From NCBI GenBank assembly GCA_021372415.1, contig JAJFUM010000089.1, positions 30 through 64,029 of the forward strand: a DNA stretch of 64,000 nucleotides. Reading direction: 5' to 3'. The DNA is from Deltaproteobacteria bacterium (GTDB lineage Bacteria > Desulfobacterota > Syntrophia > Syntrophales > UBA5619). The position numbers and the translations under genes are program-made. The notes beneath the pieces were generated by a model. The model saw nothing but the letters and a program-made list of their open reading frames with translations. It was not told the DNA's origin and made no database searches. This document shows, piece by piece, positions 36,968 to 45,288 of this stretch (position 1 is its first letter; every line of letters starts with the position of its first letter).

Positions 36968-37014
36968 GAACAACGGTCCCTCGCCTCCGAAATTTTCATT
37001 ATCCAATCATCAAA

Positions 37015-37054
37015 CTGTAACGCGAATATGACGGGAGCGTTAAGATCTCATGAA
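37015..37054 (-). promoter_or_regulatory. Pho-box-like array facing the GAK-type operon
   Basis: Gene-sense TTCAT-n6-TTAAC-n6-GTCAT-n6-GTTAC with exact 11-bp phasing. The -10 candidate GATAAT lies 3 nt further away than in the strong promoters. Confidence 0.4.
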
Positions 37055-37133
37055 ATCGAAATCCGCCGCCCCATTTCATTAAATGCCACCCCTCTGATCC
37101 TCAGAATCTCCCATATCAAATTGGGAACTTAAA

Positions 37134-37169
37134 AAAGGCGATCGGGGAGATCCTTCAGCGGTCGCCTTT
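37134..37169. terminator. bidirectional-terminator-like hairpin inside a divergent promoter region
   Basis: AAAAAA-AAAGGCGATCG-13 nt-CGGTCGCCTTT-CC. On the minus strand the stem is followed by TTTTTT. Confidence 0.35.
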
Positions 37170-37178
37170 CCACCGAAG

Positions 37179-37231
37179 TTTCACGGAGGATTCATCCAAG
37201 CGTCATCACTTCGTCACAGGGATCGTATAGA
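37179..37231 (+). promoter_or_regulatory. Pho-box array plus -10 TATAGA upstream of the 811-aa ORF
   Basis: TTCAC-n6-TTCAT-n6-GTCAT-n6-GTCAC; all four TCA cores are 11 bp apart. TATAGA follows 8 nt later, about 50 nt before the GTG at 37283. Confidence 0.6.
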
Positions 37232-37282
37232 CAAGGAATCGAATGTTGAGAGAATCTGAAACCCCTTTGAAAGGAACTGTCT

Positions 37283-39718
37283 GTGAGCAGAAATGAAAAC
37301 GCCCTGTCCCCCCCCGTGGTCCCGATGCGGGGGCCGGAGGAGCGGCTTCTCTCCTCCCGGGAGGCGATGGAAAGACTGGACGTTTACGGGCCGGCCGGTA
37401 TTGATGCAGAGGCCCTGCCCTTCTCCCTTTACGATACCACCGCCGGAAGCGAAACCGAGCTACAGGCCGTCGTGATCGGAAAGCGGGAAGACGTCGACCT
37501 CCCCATCACGATCACTCAGTCCCACTACCTGGCCAACATCATCCGGCGCAGGGCCTCCGGCGAACTGCCGGGACGAGCGATGACCGAGTTGGAAAGGTAC
37601 CTCCAAGACAATGTCGACGGCGTGTGGGAAAACAGCTGGGTCCGCTTCCCCAGGGACATGCTGGGCCCCTTCGCCCAGGGGATCCTCAGTGGCGACCTCT
37701 TGGCGGACAAGGCCGACCCTTCCCAGGGATACCGGACCGACCTGACCGATTTCATCTTCCGGCAGGAAGACCGGGAATATCTCCGCATCCCGATCAGTTA
37801 TCTGCTGAAGCTCTCCCTGGCCGAGGCGATCGACGGACAGCCGCCCGCCGTGGCCGAGACGGGACGCAGCCTGATGGATCACTTCCTGAGCGACAACACC
37901 TCGCCGGAGATCTGTTCCTTCCAGGTCTCATCCCTCACCCCCCGGACCGGGATGGGCCGAGAGGTGGCCAGGGAATCGGCGAAGCGGTTCCTCCTGACGC
38001 AACTGCTCGTCCAGTACGCGAACCAGCGTTTCGGCCTCATGCAGAGCGGGCAGAAGGCGATGGTATTCTATTCGCCCCATCCGCCGATCCGTCAGAAGAG
38101 GCTCAACGCCTGCATCTCCGACGCCTTCTACCGGGAGCTTTTCATGAACCCCTGCCTTTCGGGTTGGAACCGCGGCGAGATCAAAAAGGAATACATGCAC
38201 CTGTGTCATCGGGTCCTGAGCCGCAGCCAGCTCAACGCCCTGGGGAAGCTCCGCGAATCGGGCATCATCACCCGCAACCTCGTGGTCCTTCCGAATACCT
38301 CCAACATCTGCCTGGCCAACAACGGAACGCACGTCAGCCTCGGCAGCCGAAAAATCACCGCTCTCCTGAAGGACCCGGCCTCCGGCTTCACGGCCCGCCA
38401 CGAGAAATACCTCGGGGATCTGGTCATCAAGATCCTGGAGCATTTCCTCCCCCTCTTCGTGGGCACCTACAGTGCGACCCCCTACCGGCTCGACTACTCG
38501 GAATTCCATCCGGAATGCGTCCTGGGGTTCCTTCCCCATGAACTGGATTTCGACCACCTGCGCATGCTCTGGAGGCGGTGGCAGAAGAAGGCGGACATCC
38601 GTGTATTCGGGAAAACCGTGACCCCCTTCGGTCCCCCCTGGCTCGACGGGGCGATCCGTGCTGTTTTCAGGCTCCGCGGCGATTTCCTCCCCGACTTCCG
38701 CCTCATCGACTACCTGGTGGCCCTGAGGAGCACTGAAAAGAGCCCGGCCCTGGACGGAATGCTTCACAACCACGACCGGCTCAAGCAGGATCTTGCCGAA
38801 CTGGGCGTCTTCGACAAGCGGATGTCCCTCTACCTGTTCAACAAACTCCGCGAGTATGCCACCATGGGGTTCTCCGGCTTCGAGGGACGCTCCTACAGCC
38901 TCTTCTTCAATCTCGAAGAGGATATGGCCGGGGCCGTGGACCTGCAGAACCTCTTGGCGGCCCTTGCGTTCCAATATATCGCCGGGGGGATCGCCGACCA
39001 CGACCGTATCCCCGACGATCCTTTTGTCGAGAGCGAGAGACGGCAAATCGTCTTCGGGCGGGCCGTGGGCATCCCCACTTTTTTCGTCCGCCAGGACACC
39101 CAGAACCTCTTCCTGCAGCGGATCATCGAGAAGACCCAGCGGGTCAGGGTCAGCCGGCGCTATCCCGGCTACTGGAGGGTCCACCACCGGGAGTATTGCC
39201 GGGCCCTCGTGCGACTTATCCGGGAAGACGGGGCGGATCTGATCAAAACTCTCGGGATGGCCGAAAAGATCGCCGACCTCGAAAAGAGGCTGGAAGATCC
39301 TGACCGCTGTTCCGCCCTGGGAAAGCTGACGCAGGCCATCCTCCAAAAGGCCAGGGCCGCCTCCCCGATGGCGGTGCAGGCCGCAAACTTCAATCGGAGC
39401 GCCGAGGACTACTACCGCAACGACCTGCGGAAGGCTCACGCCATGGAAGGGGTCCGCTTTCTTGAGGAAGACCTTCGGCGCATCGCCTCGACCGCCTGCA
39501 ACGAAAAAGAAACCCTGAACGCCCTCCTCCGGCAGATCGGCGGTGACGGGTCCTGCTCCGAATCCTTCAGATGGGCCATCAACGACGAAAATACCCCTCC
39601 GCAAATCTTACGCAGCCTGATTTCCATCCTGATCGTCACCGTCGGCTTCGATCGCCGGGAGTCTGAACGGGCAACCGTCGAGATGGCCGGTCACCGCCTG
39701 GACGCGGTTCACCAGTAG
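37283..39718 (+). CDS. large conserved-looking hypothetical protein (811 aa), no family recognised
   Basis: Long ORF with balanced amino-acid composition, unlike its Arg/Gly/Pro/Asp-rich antisense shadow. AAAGGAA RBS 7 nt before the GTG. No TM segments or signal peptide. Confidence 0.6.
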   Translation: MSRNENALSPPVVPMRGPEERLLSSREAMERLDVYGPAGIDAEALPFSLYDTTAGSETELQAVVIGKREDVDLPITITQSHYLANIIRRRASGELPGRAMTELERYLQDNVDGVWENSWVRFPRDMLGPFAQGILSGDLLADKADPSQGYRTDLTDFIFRQEDREYLRIPISYLLKLSLAEAIDGQPPAVAETGRSLMDHFLSDNTSPEICSFQVSSLTPRTGMGREVARESAKRFLLTQLLVQYANQRFGLMQSGQKAMVFYSPHPPIRQKRLNACISDAFYRELFMNPCLSGWNRGEIKKEYMHLCHRVLSRSQLNALGKLRESGIITRNLVVLPNTSNICLANNGTHVSLGSRKITALLKDPASGFTARHEKYLGDLVIKILEHFLPLFVGTYSATPYRLDYSEFHPECVLGFLPHELDFDHLRMLWRRWQKKADIRVFGKTVTPFGPPWLDGAIRAVFRLRGDFLPDFRLIDYLVALRSTEKSPALDGMLHNHDRLKQDLAELGVFDKRMSLYLFNKLREYATMGFSGFEGRSYSLFFNLEEDMAGAVDLQNLLAALAFQYIAGGIADHDRIPDDPFVESERRQIVFGRAVGIPTFFVRQDTQNLFLQRIIEKTQRVRVSRRYPGYWRVHHREYCRALVRLIREDGADLIKTLGMAEKIADLEKRLEDPDRCSALGKLTQAILQKARAASPMAVQAANFNRSAEDYYRNDLRKAHAMEGVRFLEEDLRRIASTACNEKETLNALLRQIGGDGSCSESFRWAINDENTPPQILRSLISILIVTVGFDRRESERATVEMAGHRLDAVHQ

Positions 39719-39745
39719 CTCGCTGCGTGCGAACCTCCAACCGAT

Positions 39746-40723
39746 TCACTTTTTTCGCGAACGGGAACCCCGCGTACCATCGCCGACCAGGTGCGACAGC
39801 AGTGCGGCCTGCATCTTCGACCACATGACCCGTCCGACAACGGTCTCGTCGATCAGCAGATGATGGGCGTACAACGCGGCCTCCGGTGGATCCTTCTGCA
39901 CGTCGACGACCCGCCATCGGTCGAGATGGTCGGCGGCGATCATTTGAACCAGATCGTCGTAGGAGATGAATTCGTCCTCCCGATCCAGGAAGACGACCGT
40001 CGGCACGTTCAGTTTGGTGTTCCGGTTCTCCTCGAAAAGGCTCAGGGCCTCGAACAGGGCCTTGTAACCGGCCATGGGTGTCCCGGCGTTGGCACGATAA
40101 GCCTCCGGCGACAGGCTGTCGAGCACCAGGTCCGGGAACGGCATGAGGACTTTGAGGAGATAGGGCTTTAGGGTGATTTTGAGGGCGGGGGAAAATAGGG
40201 CCACCCGATCGAAGGAAACGTCGGGCCTGGAAACCTGCAACTCGCAGCCCAGAAGGCCCCCCAGGGAATATCCGACCAGGAAGAGGGGAACTCTTTTTTG
40301 CCGAGCCCGCCGCTTGGCCTTTTGATAGGCGCCATACACCTCGTCCGACCAGAGCCGGTAGGTTACGGTTCGGAAGGAATCCAGCCTCGCCTCCTCGCGA
40401 TTCCTCCCCTCAGCCTGGAGATAGTTGTCGCCGTGTCCGTAGAGCGACAGATTCAGGGCCTCGATGCCCGCACGGTTCAACCGCTCGATCAGGAATTCCA
40501 TCCTCTCGGGCTTCAGGTTCAGGCCGTGCACAATCAGAGCGACGCCCCGGAGTCTGGTGAAGGCGCTTTTGCGGTACCAGTGGGCGGAACCTCTTTCGGA
40601 ATCTGCGGCAATCCCGGCCGAATCATGAAACCTGGGAACAGCGCTGTTGAACCGCTGATAGACGAAGACAAGGACAAGACCGATCAGCAGGCATGCCCCC
40701 AGGATGATCCAGCGCTTCCTCAT
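39746..40723 (-). CDS. membrane-anchored alpha/beta-fold serine hydrolase
   Basis: N-terminal TM (WIILGACLLIGLVLVFVY), 'ALIVHGL' oxyanion region, nucleophile elbow 'GYSLGG'. Confidence 0.75.
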   Translation of the reverse strand: MRKRWIILGACLLIGLVLVFVYQRFNSAVPRFHDSAGIAADSERGSAHWYRKSAFTRLRGVALIVHGLNLKPERMEFLIERLNRAGIEALNLSLYGHGDNYLQAEGRNREEARLDSFRTVTYRLWSDEVYGAYQKAKRRARQKRVPLFLVGYSLGGLLGCELQVSRPDVSFDRVALFSPALKITLKPYLLKVLMPFPDLVLDSLSPEAYRANAGTPMAGYKALFEALSLFEENRNTKLNVPTVVFLDREDEFISYDDLVQMIAADHLDRWRVVDVQKDPPEAALYAHHLLIDETVVGRVMWSKMQAALLSHLVGDGTRGSRSRKK

Positions 40724-40814
40724 CTTTCGGAAGGTCCGTCACGGTAAAGGTCCACCCACCCGGCCGGGCCGGTTTTCGCCCTTTTTCAGCCGGCGGCGGA
40801 GTCCCGAAGGCCCA

Positions 40815-42671
40815 TCAAACATGGAGCCGTTGCTCGAAGAGATATCCACTCTTCCCTGTTTCTTCCGTCAGCCTTTTGACCTTCTTTTTCAGCGAAGCGG
40901 CGACTTCCGAAAAGAGGGCCGGATGCGGGTCCACCCAGACCTTGCTGCTGTCGATAACGGCCAGACTCATGGTGATCAGCGGCGTGATGAGCGGATTGCC
41001 CTGACGGTCCGCCGCTCCAAGGATACAGCCCCTTTCGACGTCTTCGTTCTTGAACAGGCCGAGTTTCTCAGCATCAAAGCCACTGCACAGGCATTCCAAT
41101 GCCTCTTCCCGGATGATGCCCCGGTTGACGATCACAAAGTCGTCGCCGCCGATATGTCCCAACCGGGCCCCCTCCGGAAGTCGGTTCAGCCAGTCGCCCA
41201 AGACCCGTGCCGTGAGGCAGAGCATCTCATCCCCCATGAGAAACCCGTAGGTGTCGTTGTAAACCTTGAAATGGTCGAGATCGATATAGATGATCGAATA
41301 TTCGGGCCAAGTCAGGGCATCATGGATCCATCGGTGAATCGCGTTGTTACCCGGCAGTCCCGTCAGCGGGTTGACCCCCATGGCGGAGCGGATCTCCAGT
41401 TCCAGCGATTTGGTCATCACCTGCTTCATGGTCACGGTCCCCATGAATTTCCCTTCGGCATCCACCACCAGAACCGGGTCGTACAGGTCTTCTGAATGGC
41501 GATCCATCGCCAGTTTCGCCATCATCGTCACCGTCATCTTGTCCTCGACGATCAGGGGATTGGGTTTGCAGACGACCTCGATGGGCTTTTTCTGGAAGAG
41601 CTGATATCCGAAGGCGCCCCCGGTTTCCGCATAGAAATTCTGCCGCGTGATCATCCCGGCGATGCTGTCCCCGTCGAGGAGGATCACGTGATCCAAGTGG
41701 GTCCGCTTTTTGAATATCATATTCAGATCCTTGCAGTGCAGGGTGTGGGCGGCAATCGTCATGGGGCGGATCACGAGACTGGCGACCTTCTCGTCCACAT
41801 CGATCGTGGCCTGGTCGTATTTATCGATCAGCGCCCTGAGTTTCTTTCTCATCTCCTCTGAGAGGGCATAAGGTTCCCGCTCGGGCCGACCGAAGAGGAA
41901 GCCCTGGGCGTACCGGACGCCGTACCGGACCAAAACCTCCAACTCCTCCAAAGACTCGACGCCTTCGGCGATCAACCTGGCGTTGACGCTGGAAGCAAAA
42001 GCCGTAATGGCCTTGACGATCTTCTGCTTGTAGTCGTGGCGGTGGACATCCCGGACGATCGCCATATCCAGTTTCAAGTAATGGGGGGTCGAGGCGATCA
42101 GGGTCACCAGCCCCGAATAGCCGGACCCGAAATCATCCACGGCGATCTTGAAACCCTGGTTCGCGTAATGGGCGACCAGCGTCCCGAACTGTTTGAAATC
42201 CTCGAAAGTCTTTTCCTCGGTGATCTCGATGACGATCTGCCTCTGATCAATGCCGTACTCCCGGAGGCGCTTCTGGGTGAATTTCTCGATGAACCGGGGG
42301 TCGCTGAAGATATCCGGGCTGACGTTGATAAAGAACAGGACATTTCGGAACGGTTCGGGAAGGGAGGCGATCTTCCTGAGGGCGGCGACACGGCAGGCCC
42401 TCTCCAGATCCCAGGTCGCCCCCCGCTGTTTGGCTGCCGAGAACATCTGGCAGGGAGTCTCATAAGGGGCAACGCCTCTGGAGAGGATTTCAAACCCCGT
42501 GACCGAGGCGGAGAAAAGATCGATCACCGGGTGGAAATGAGGGGTCACCTGAATCGATTCGACAAAGGCATCCACGTCCGTTCCCCCGACAGCCCTGGAG
42601 CGGCTGGGGGCCTCCGCATCACGGGAAGCCTCTTCCATCAGCTGGGCATACATGTTTTTTCTCTCCGACAC
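40815..42671 (-). CDS. EAL - CBS pair - degenerate GGDEF (GGDDF) c-di-GMP signalling protein
   Basis: N-terminal EAL domain ('FEILSRG', 'IVIEITEE', 'KIAVDDFGSGYS', 'IAEGVES'), central CBS-like pair, C-terminal 'RLGHIGGDDFVIV'. Confidence 0.85.
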   Translation of the reverse strand: MSERKNMYAQLMEEASRDAEAPSRSRAVGGTDVDAFVESIQVTPHFHPVIDLFSASVTGFEILSRGVAPYETPCQMFSAAKQRGATWDLERACRVAALRKIASLPEPFRNVLFFINVSPDIFSDPRFIEKFTQKRLREYGIDQRQIVIEITEEKTFEDFKQFGTLVAHYANQGFKIAVDDFGSGYSGLVTLIASTPHYLKLDMAIVRDVHRHDYKQKIVKAITAFASSVNARLIAEGVESLEELEVLVRYGVRYAQGFLFGRPEREPYALSEEMRKKLRALIDKYDQATIDVDEKVASLVIRPMTIAAHTLHCKDLNMIFKKRTHLDHVILLDGDSIAGMITRQNFYAETGGAFGYQLFQKKPIEVVCKPNPLIVEDKMTVTMMAKLAMDRHSEDLYDPVLVVDAEGKFMGTVTMKQVMTKSLELEIRSAMGVNPLTGLPGNNAIHRWIHDALTWPEYSIIYIDLDHFKVYNDTYGFLMGDEMLCLTARVLGDWLNRLPEGARLGHIGGDDFVIVNRGIIREEALECLCSGFDAEKLGLFKNEDVERGCILGAADRQGNPLITPLITMSLAVIDSSKVWVDPHPALFSEVAASLKKKVKRLTEETGKSGYLFEQRLHV

Positions 42672-42766
42672 ATCGCCATTCCGGACTCAGCCCTTCCTCT
42701 GGAGCCTCTTTGGGACAGGTCCGGGTGGCCTGAATTTCAGCCTAAATGACGTCATCCTAGAACGGA

Positions 42767-42808
42767 ATTGTTGTCCCTTGATGAAGACCCCGTGAATAAA
42801 GGATGACG
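42767..42808 (-). promoter_or_regulatory. Pho-box array plus -10 TAGGAT upstream of the EAL-CBS-GGDEF gene
   Basis: Plus-strand text ATTGTTGTCCCTTGATGAAGACCCCGTGAATAAAGGATGACG aligns in register with the pstS-2 promoter ATTGTTACAATTCGATGACAACCCCGTGAAGCTTCCGTGAAA. TAGGAT sits at the canonical offset, and a TGACGTCA palindrome (42748-42755) overlaps the -10/TSS. Confidence 0.5.
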
Positions 42809-42829
42809 AAAAGGCGGGAAGTCCGCTCT

Positions 42830-43534
42830 TCAGGCTTCGTCGGCGAACTTGTAGCCGATACCGCGGACGGTCAGGATATACCGTGGGTTCGAAGGGTCCG
42901 GCTCGATCGCCCCCCTCAGGCGGCTGATGTGGACATCCACCGTCCGGGGCTCTACGAAGGACTCGTCACCCCAGACGCGGTCGAGAAGCTGTTCGCGGCT
43001 GTAAACCCGGCCGGGATGGCCAATGAAGAACTGCAGCAGTTTGAACTCGCGGGAGCTGAGCTCGACCTCCCTGCCCTCAAGGGTCACGCGGTAGGCCTTC
43101 AAATCGACGTGGAGCCCCTGGAAATCGAAAGACTCCGGCAGGTTTTCGTCCGGGTGCTGATCCGATCGCCTCAGGACGGCGCGGACCCGGGCGATCAGCT
43201 CCCGAACATGAAAAGGCTTGGTAAGGTAGTCGTCCGCCCCGATCTCCAGCCCCAGGATCCGGTCCACAGGTTCAGACTTGGCGGTCAGCATGATAATGGG
43301 CAGATTCGCCGTCTCGGGGACGCCCCGGACGATCCGGCACACCTCCGTTCCCGATACCCCGGGCATCATCAGGTCCAAGACGACCAGGTCCGGCTTGTCA
43401 CGCCGGATCGATTCCAGGGCGCTGCCGCCATCCAGGGCCTTCAGGACGGAGAATCCTTCCCGTTCGAGATTGTAGGCAACCAGTTCCACGATGTCTTTCT
43501 CGTCGTCGGCAACGAGGATCTTCTTCTGCGTCAT
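42830..43534 (-). CDS. phoB: OmpR/PhoB-family response regulator
   Basis: Receiver 'ILVADDE...DLVVLDLMMPG' plus winged-helix 'REFKLLQFF...VDVHISRLR'. Last gene of the pst-phoU-phoR operon. Confidence 0.85.
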   Translation of the reverse strand: MTQKKILVADDEKDIVELVAYNLEREGFSVLKALDGGSALESIRRDKPDLVVLDLMMPGVSGTEVCRIVRGVPETANLPIIMLTAKSEPVDRILGLEIGADDYLTKPFHVRELIARVRAVLRRSDQHPDENLPESFDFQGLHVDLKAYRVTLEGREVELSSREFKLLQFFIGHPGRVYSREQLLDRVWGDESFVEPRTVDVHISRLRGAIEPDPSNPRYILTVRGIGYKFADEA

Positions 43535-45288
43535 GTCGATTCCTCATAGAGGGGAAAATGGAGCGAAACCGTGGTGCCGTGGCCCAGGGTGCTCTCGATG
43601 GCCATCCGTCCCCCATGGGCCTTCATCAGGTGTTTGACGATCGAAAGCCCCAGGCCCGTGCCCCCCATTTCCCGCGAACGCGTCTTGTCCGCCCGATAAA
43701 ACCGCTCGCCCAGCCGTGGGATCTCCCCCTTGGGGATGCCCACACCCGTGTCGGCGATCCGGACGATCAGGGTCCTCTCATCACCGGGTTCAACCGTGAC
43801 GGCGATCGACCCGCCCGCCGGTGTAAACTTGACGGCGTTGTCCAGAACGTTGAGCAGGATCTGGGCCAGCCGGTCCCGGTCGGCCCGGATGGGCGGCAGT
43901 CCTTCCGGGACCTCCCGGATGAGTTTCAGCCCCTTCTCAAAAATCCTGGCAGTCACAAGGGCCAGGACGTCATCCAGGGCCCCTTCCAGGGAGAGCCGTT
44001 CGAGACGGAGATTCTCCTCGCCCAACTCGATCCCGGAGAGGGTCAGAAGGTCGTCCACGAGGCGATTGAGCCGCTCGGCGTTCTCGCGGATTGTCGCCAG
44101 GAACTTATAGGTCTTCTCCTGGTCCACAAGAGCCCCTTGCTCAAGGGTCTCCACAAAACCGATGATCGCTGTCAGGGGAGTCCGGATCTCGTGGGTGACG
44201 TTGGCCACGAAGTCTGTGCGGACCCGCTCGAGTTTCTTCAGGCGCGTCACGTCGTGGAAGACCAACAGGGTCTTTTCCTCCCCGCCGGCTTCCCCCCGGA
44301 TGGCAGAAATCGTCACGTCCATCACGACCGGATTTTCATCCCCCATGGTGATCTCGCGAAAAATCGGCGTTCCCGACTGCCGGAAACGCTCCAGGGCATC
44401 CTGGAGTGAGATATTCCGGAAGGCCTCCAGGGGCGTCCTGCCGACGAGTTCCCCCTGGGACCGCCCGATCGTCTCCTCCATCCCCCGGTTGAGGGTCTCG
44501 ATCCGTCCGCCGGCATCCAGAACGACGATCCCTTCCACCATGCCGGTAAAGAGGGATTGAAGTTTTCTTTTTTCCCCATCGGCGGCGCGGATCTTCTCCT
44601 GCAGGACCTCGACCATCCCGTTGATGTTGGCGGCCAGGACGCCGATCTCGTCCCGGGAAGGGATCCTGACCATCCCGGAAATCTGTCCGACCTGTACCTT
44701 TTCGGTGAAGGCCACCAGCTTCCCGATGGGTGAAATCGCCCGGATGCTGTAGATCAGGCAGAGAAAGAGCGGAATGAACAGGCCCGGAACGAGAATCCAG
44801 AGAAAGATCCGCCGGAAGGACTCCATGGAACGGACCACCTCCTGAATGGGACGGGCCAAGCGGATGTACCTTTTTATCTCCCCCTTCTCTGTCAGGGCAA
44901 GGGCCACATACTGGAGCTCGATCGCGAGGGTGCGGCTGTAACGGACCGCCGATCCCTCCCCCCTCAGGCGGGCTTCCTGGACTTCCGTCCGGTAGAGAGG
45001 GTTCCCCGGCTCGATTGCGGCGGGGTTCGAATCGGCCAGGACCCGGCCGGCAGCGTCAAGCAAGGTTATCCTGGCGCCGGCACTTTCTGCAAATTCCACA
45101 ATACGCGCCGACACTTGATCCGGAGGGATCAAGGCAATCAGACGCGCTTCGGCCGCCATCTCTTCCTCGCTCCAGCGCATGAGGACGCCCTTGAGCTCCC
45201 GGTCGATCAGGAACCCGGCGATCAGCGCCGCAATGACCCCGATCGTAAGGAAGGCGACAAACAGCCTGAAGGAGAGTCTTCTCTTCAT
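43531..45288 (-). CDS. phoR: PhoR-like sensor histidine kinase (TM-HAMP-PAS-HisKA-HATPase)
   Basis: 'FVANVTHEIRTPLTAI' H-box, 'LDNAVKFTP' N-box, 'GTGLGLSIVKH' G2. 4-nt overlaps with phoU and phoB. Confidence 0.85.
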   Translation of the reverse strand: MKRRLSFRLFVAFLTIGVIAALIAGFLIDRELKGVLMRWSEEEMAAEARLIALIPPDQVSARIVEFAESAGARITLLDAAGRVLADSNPAAIEPGNPLYRTEVQEARLRGEGSAVRYSRTLAIELQYVALALTEKGEIKRYIRLARPIQEVVRSMESFRRIFLWILVPGLFIPLFLCLIYSIRAISPIGKLVAFTEKVQVGQISGMVRIPSRDEIGVLAANINGMVEVLQEKIRAADGEKRKLQSLFTGMVEGIVVLDAGGRIETLNRGMEETIGRSQGELVGRTPLEAFRNISLQDALERFRQSGTPIFREITMGDENPVVMDVTISAIRGEAGGEEKTLLVFHDVTRLKKLERVRTDFVANVTHEIRTPLTAIIGFVETLEQGALVDQEKTYKFLATIRENAERLNRLVDDLLTLSGIELGEENLRLERLSLEGALDDVLALVTARIFEKGLKLIREVPEGLPPIRADRDRLAQILLNVLDNAVKFTPAGGSIAVTVEPGDERTLIVRIADTGVGIPKGEIPRLGERFYRADKTRSREMGGTGLGLSIVKHLMKAHGGRMAIESTLGHGTTVSLHFPLYEEST

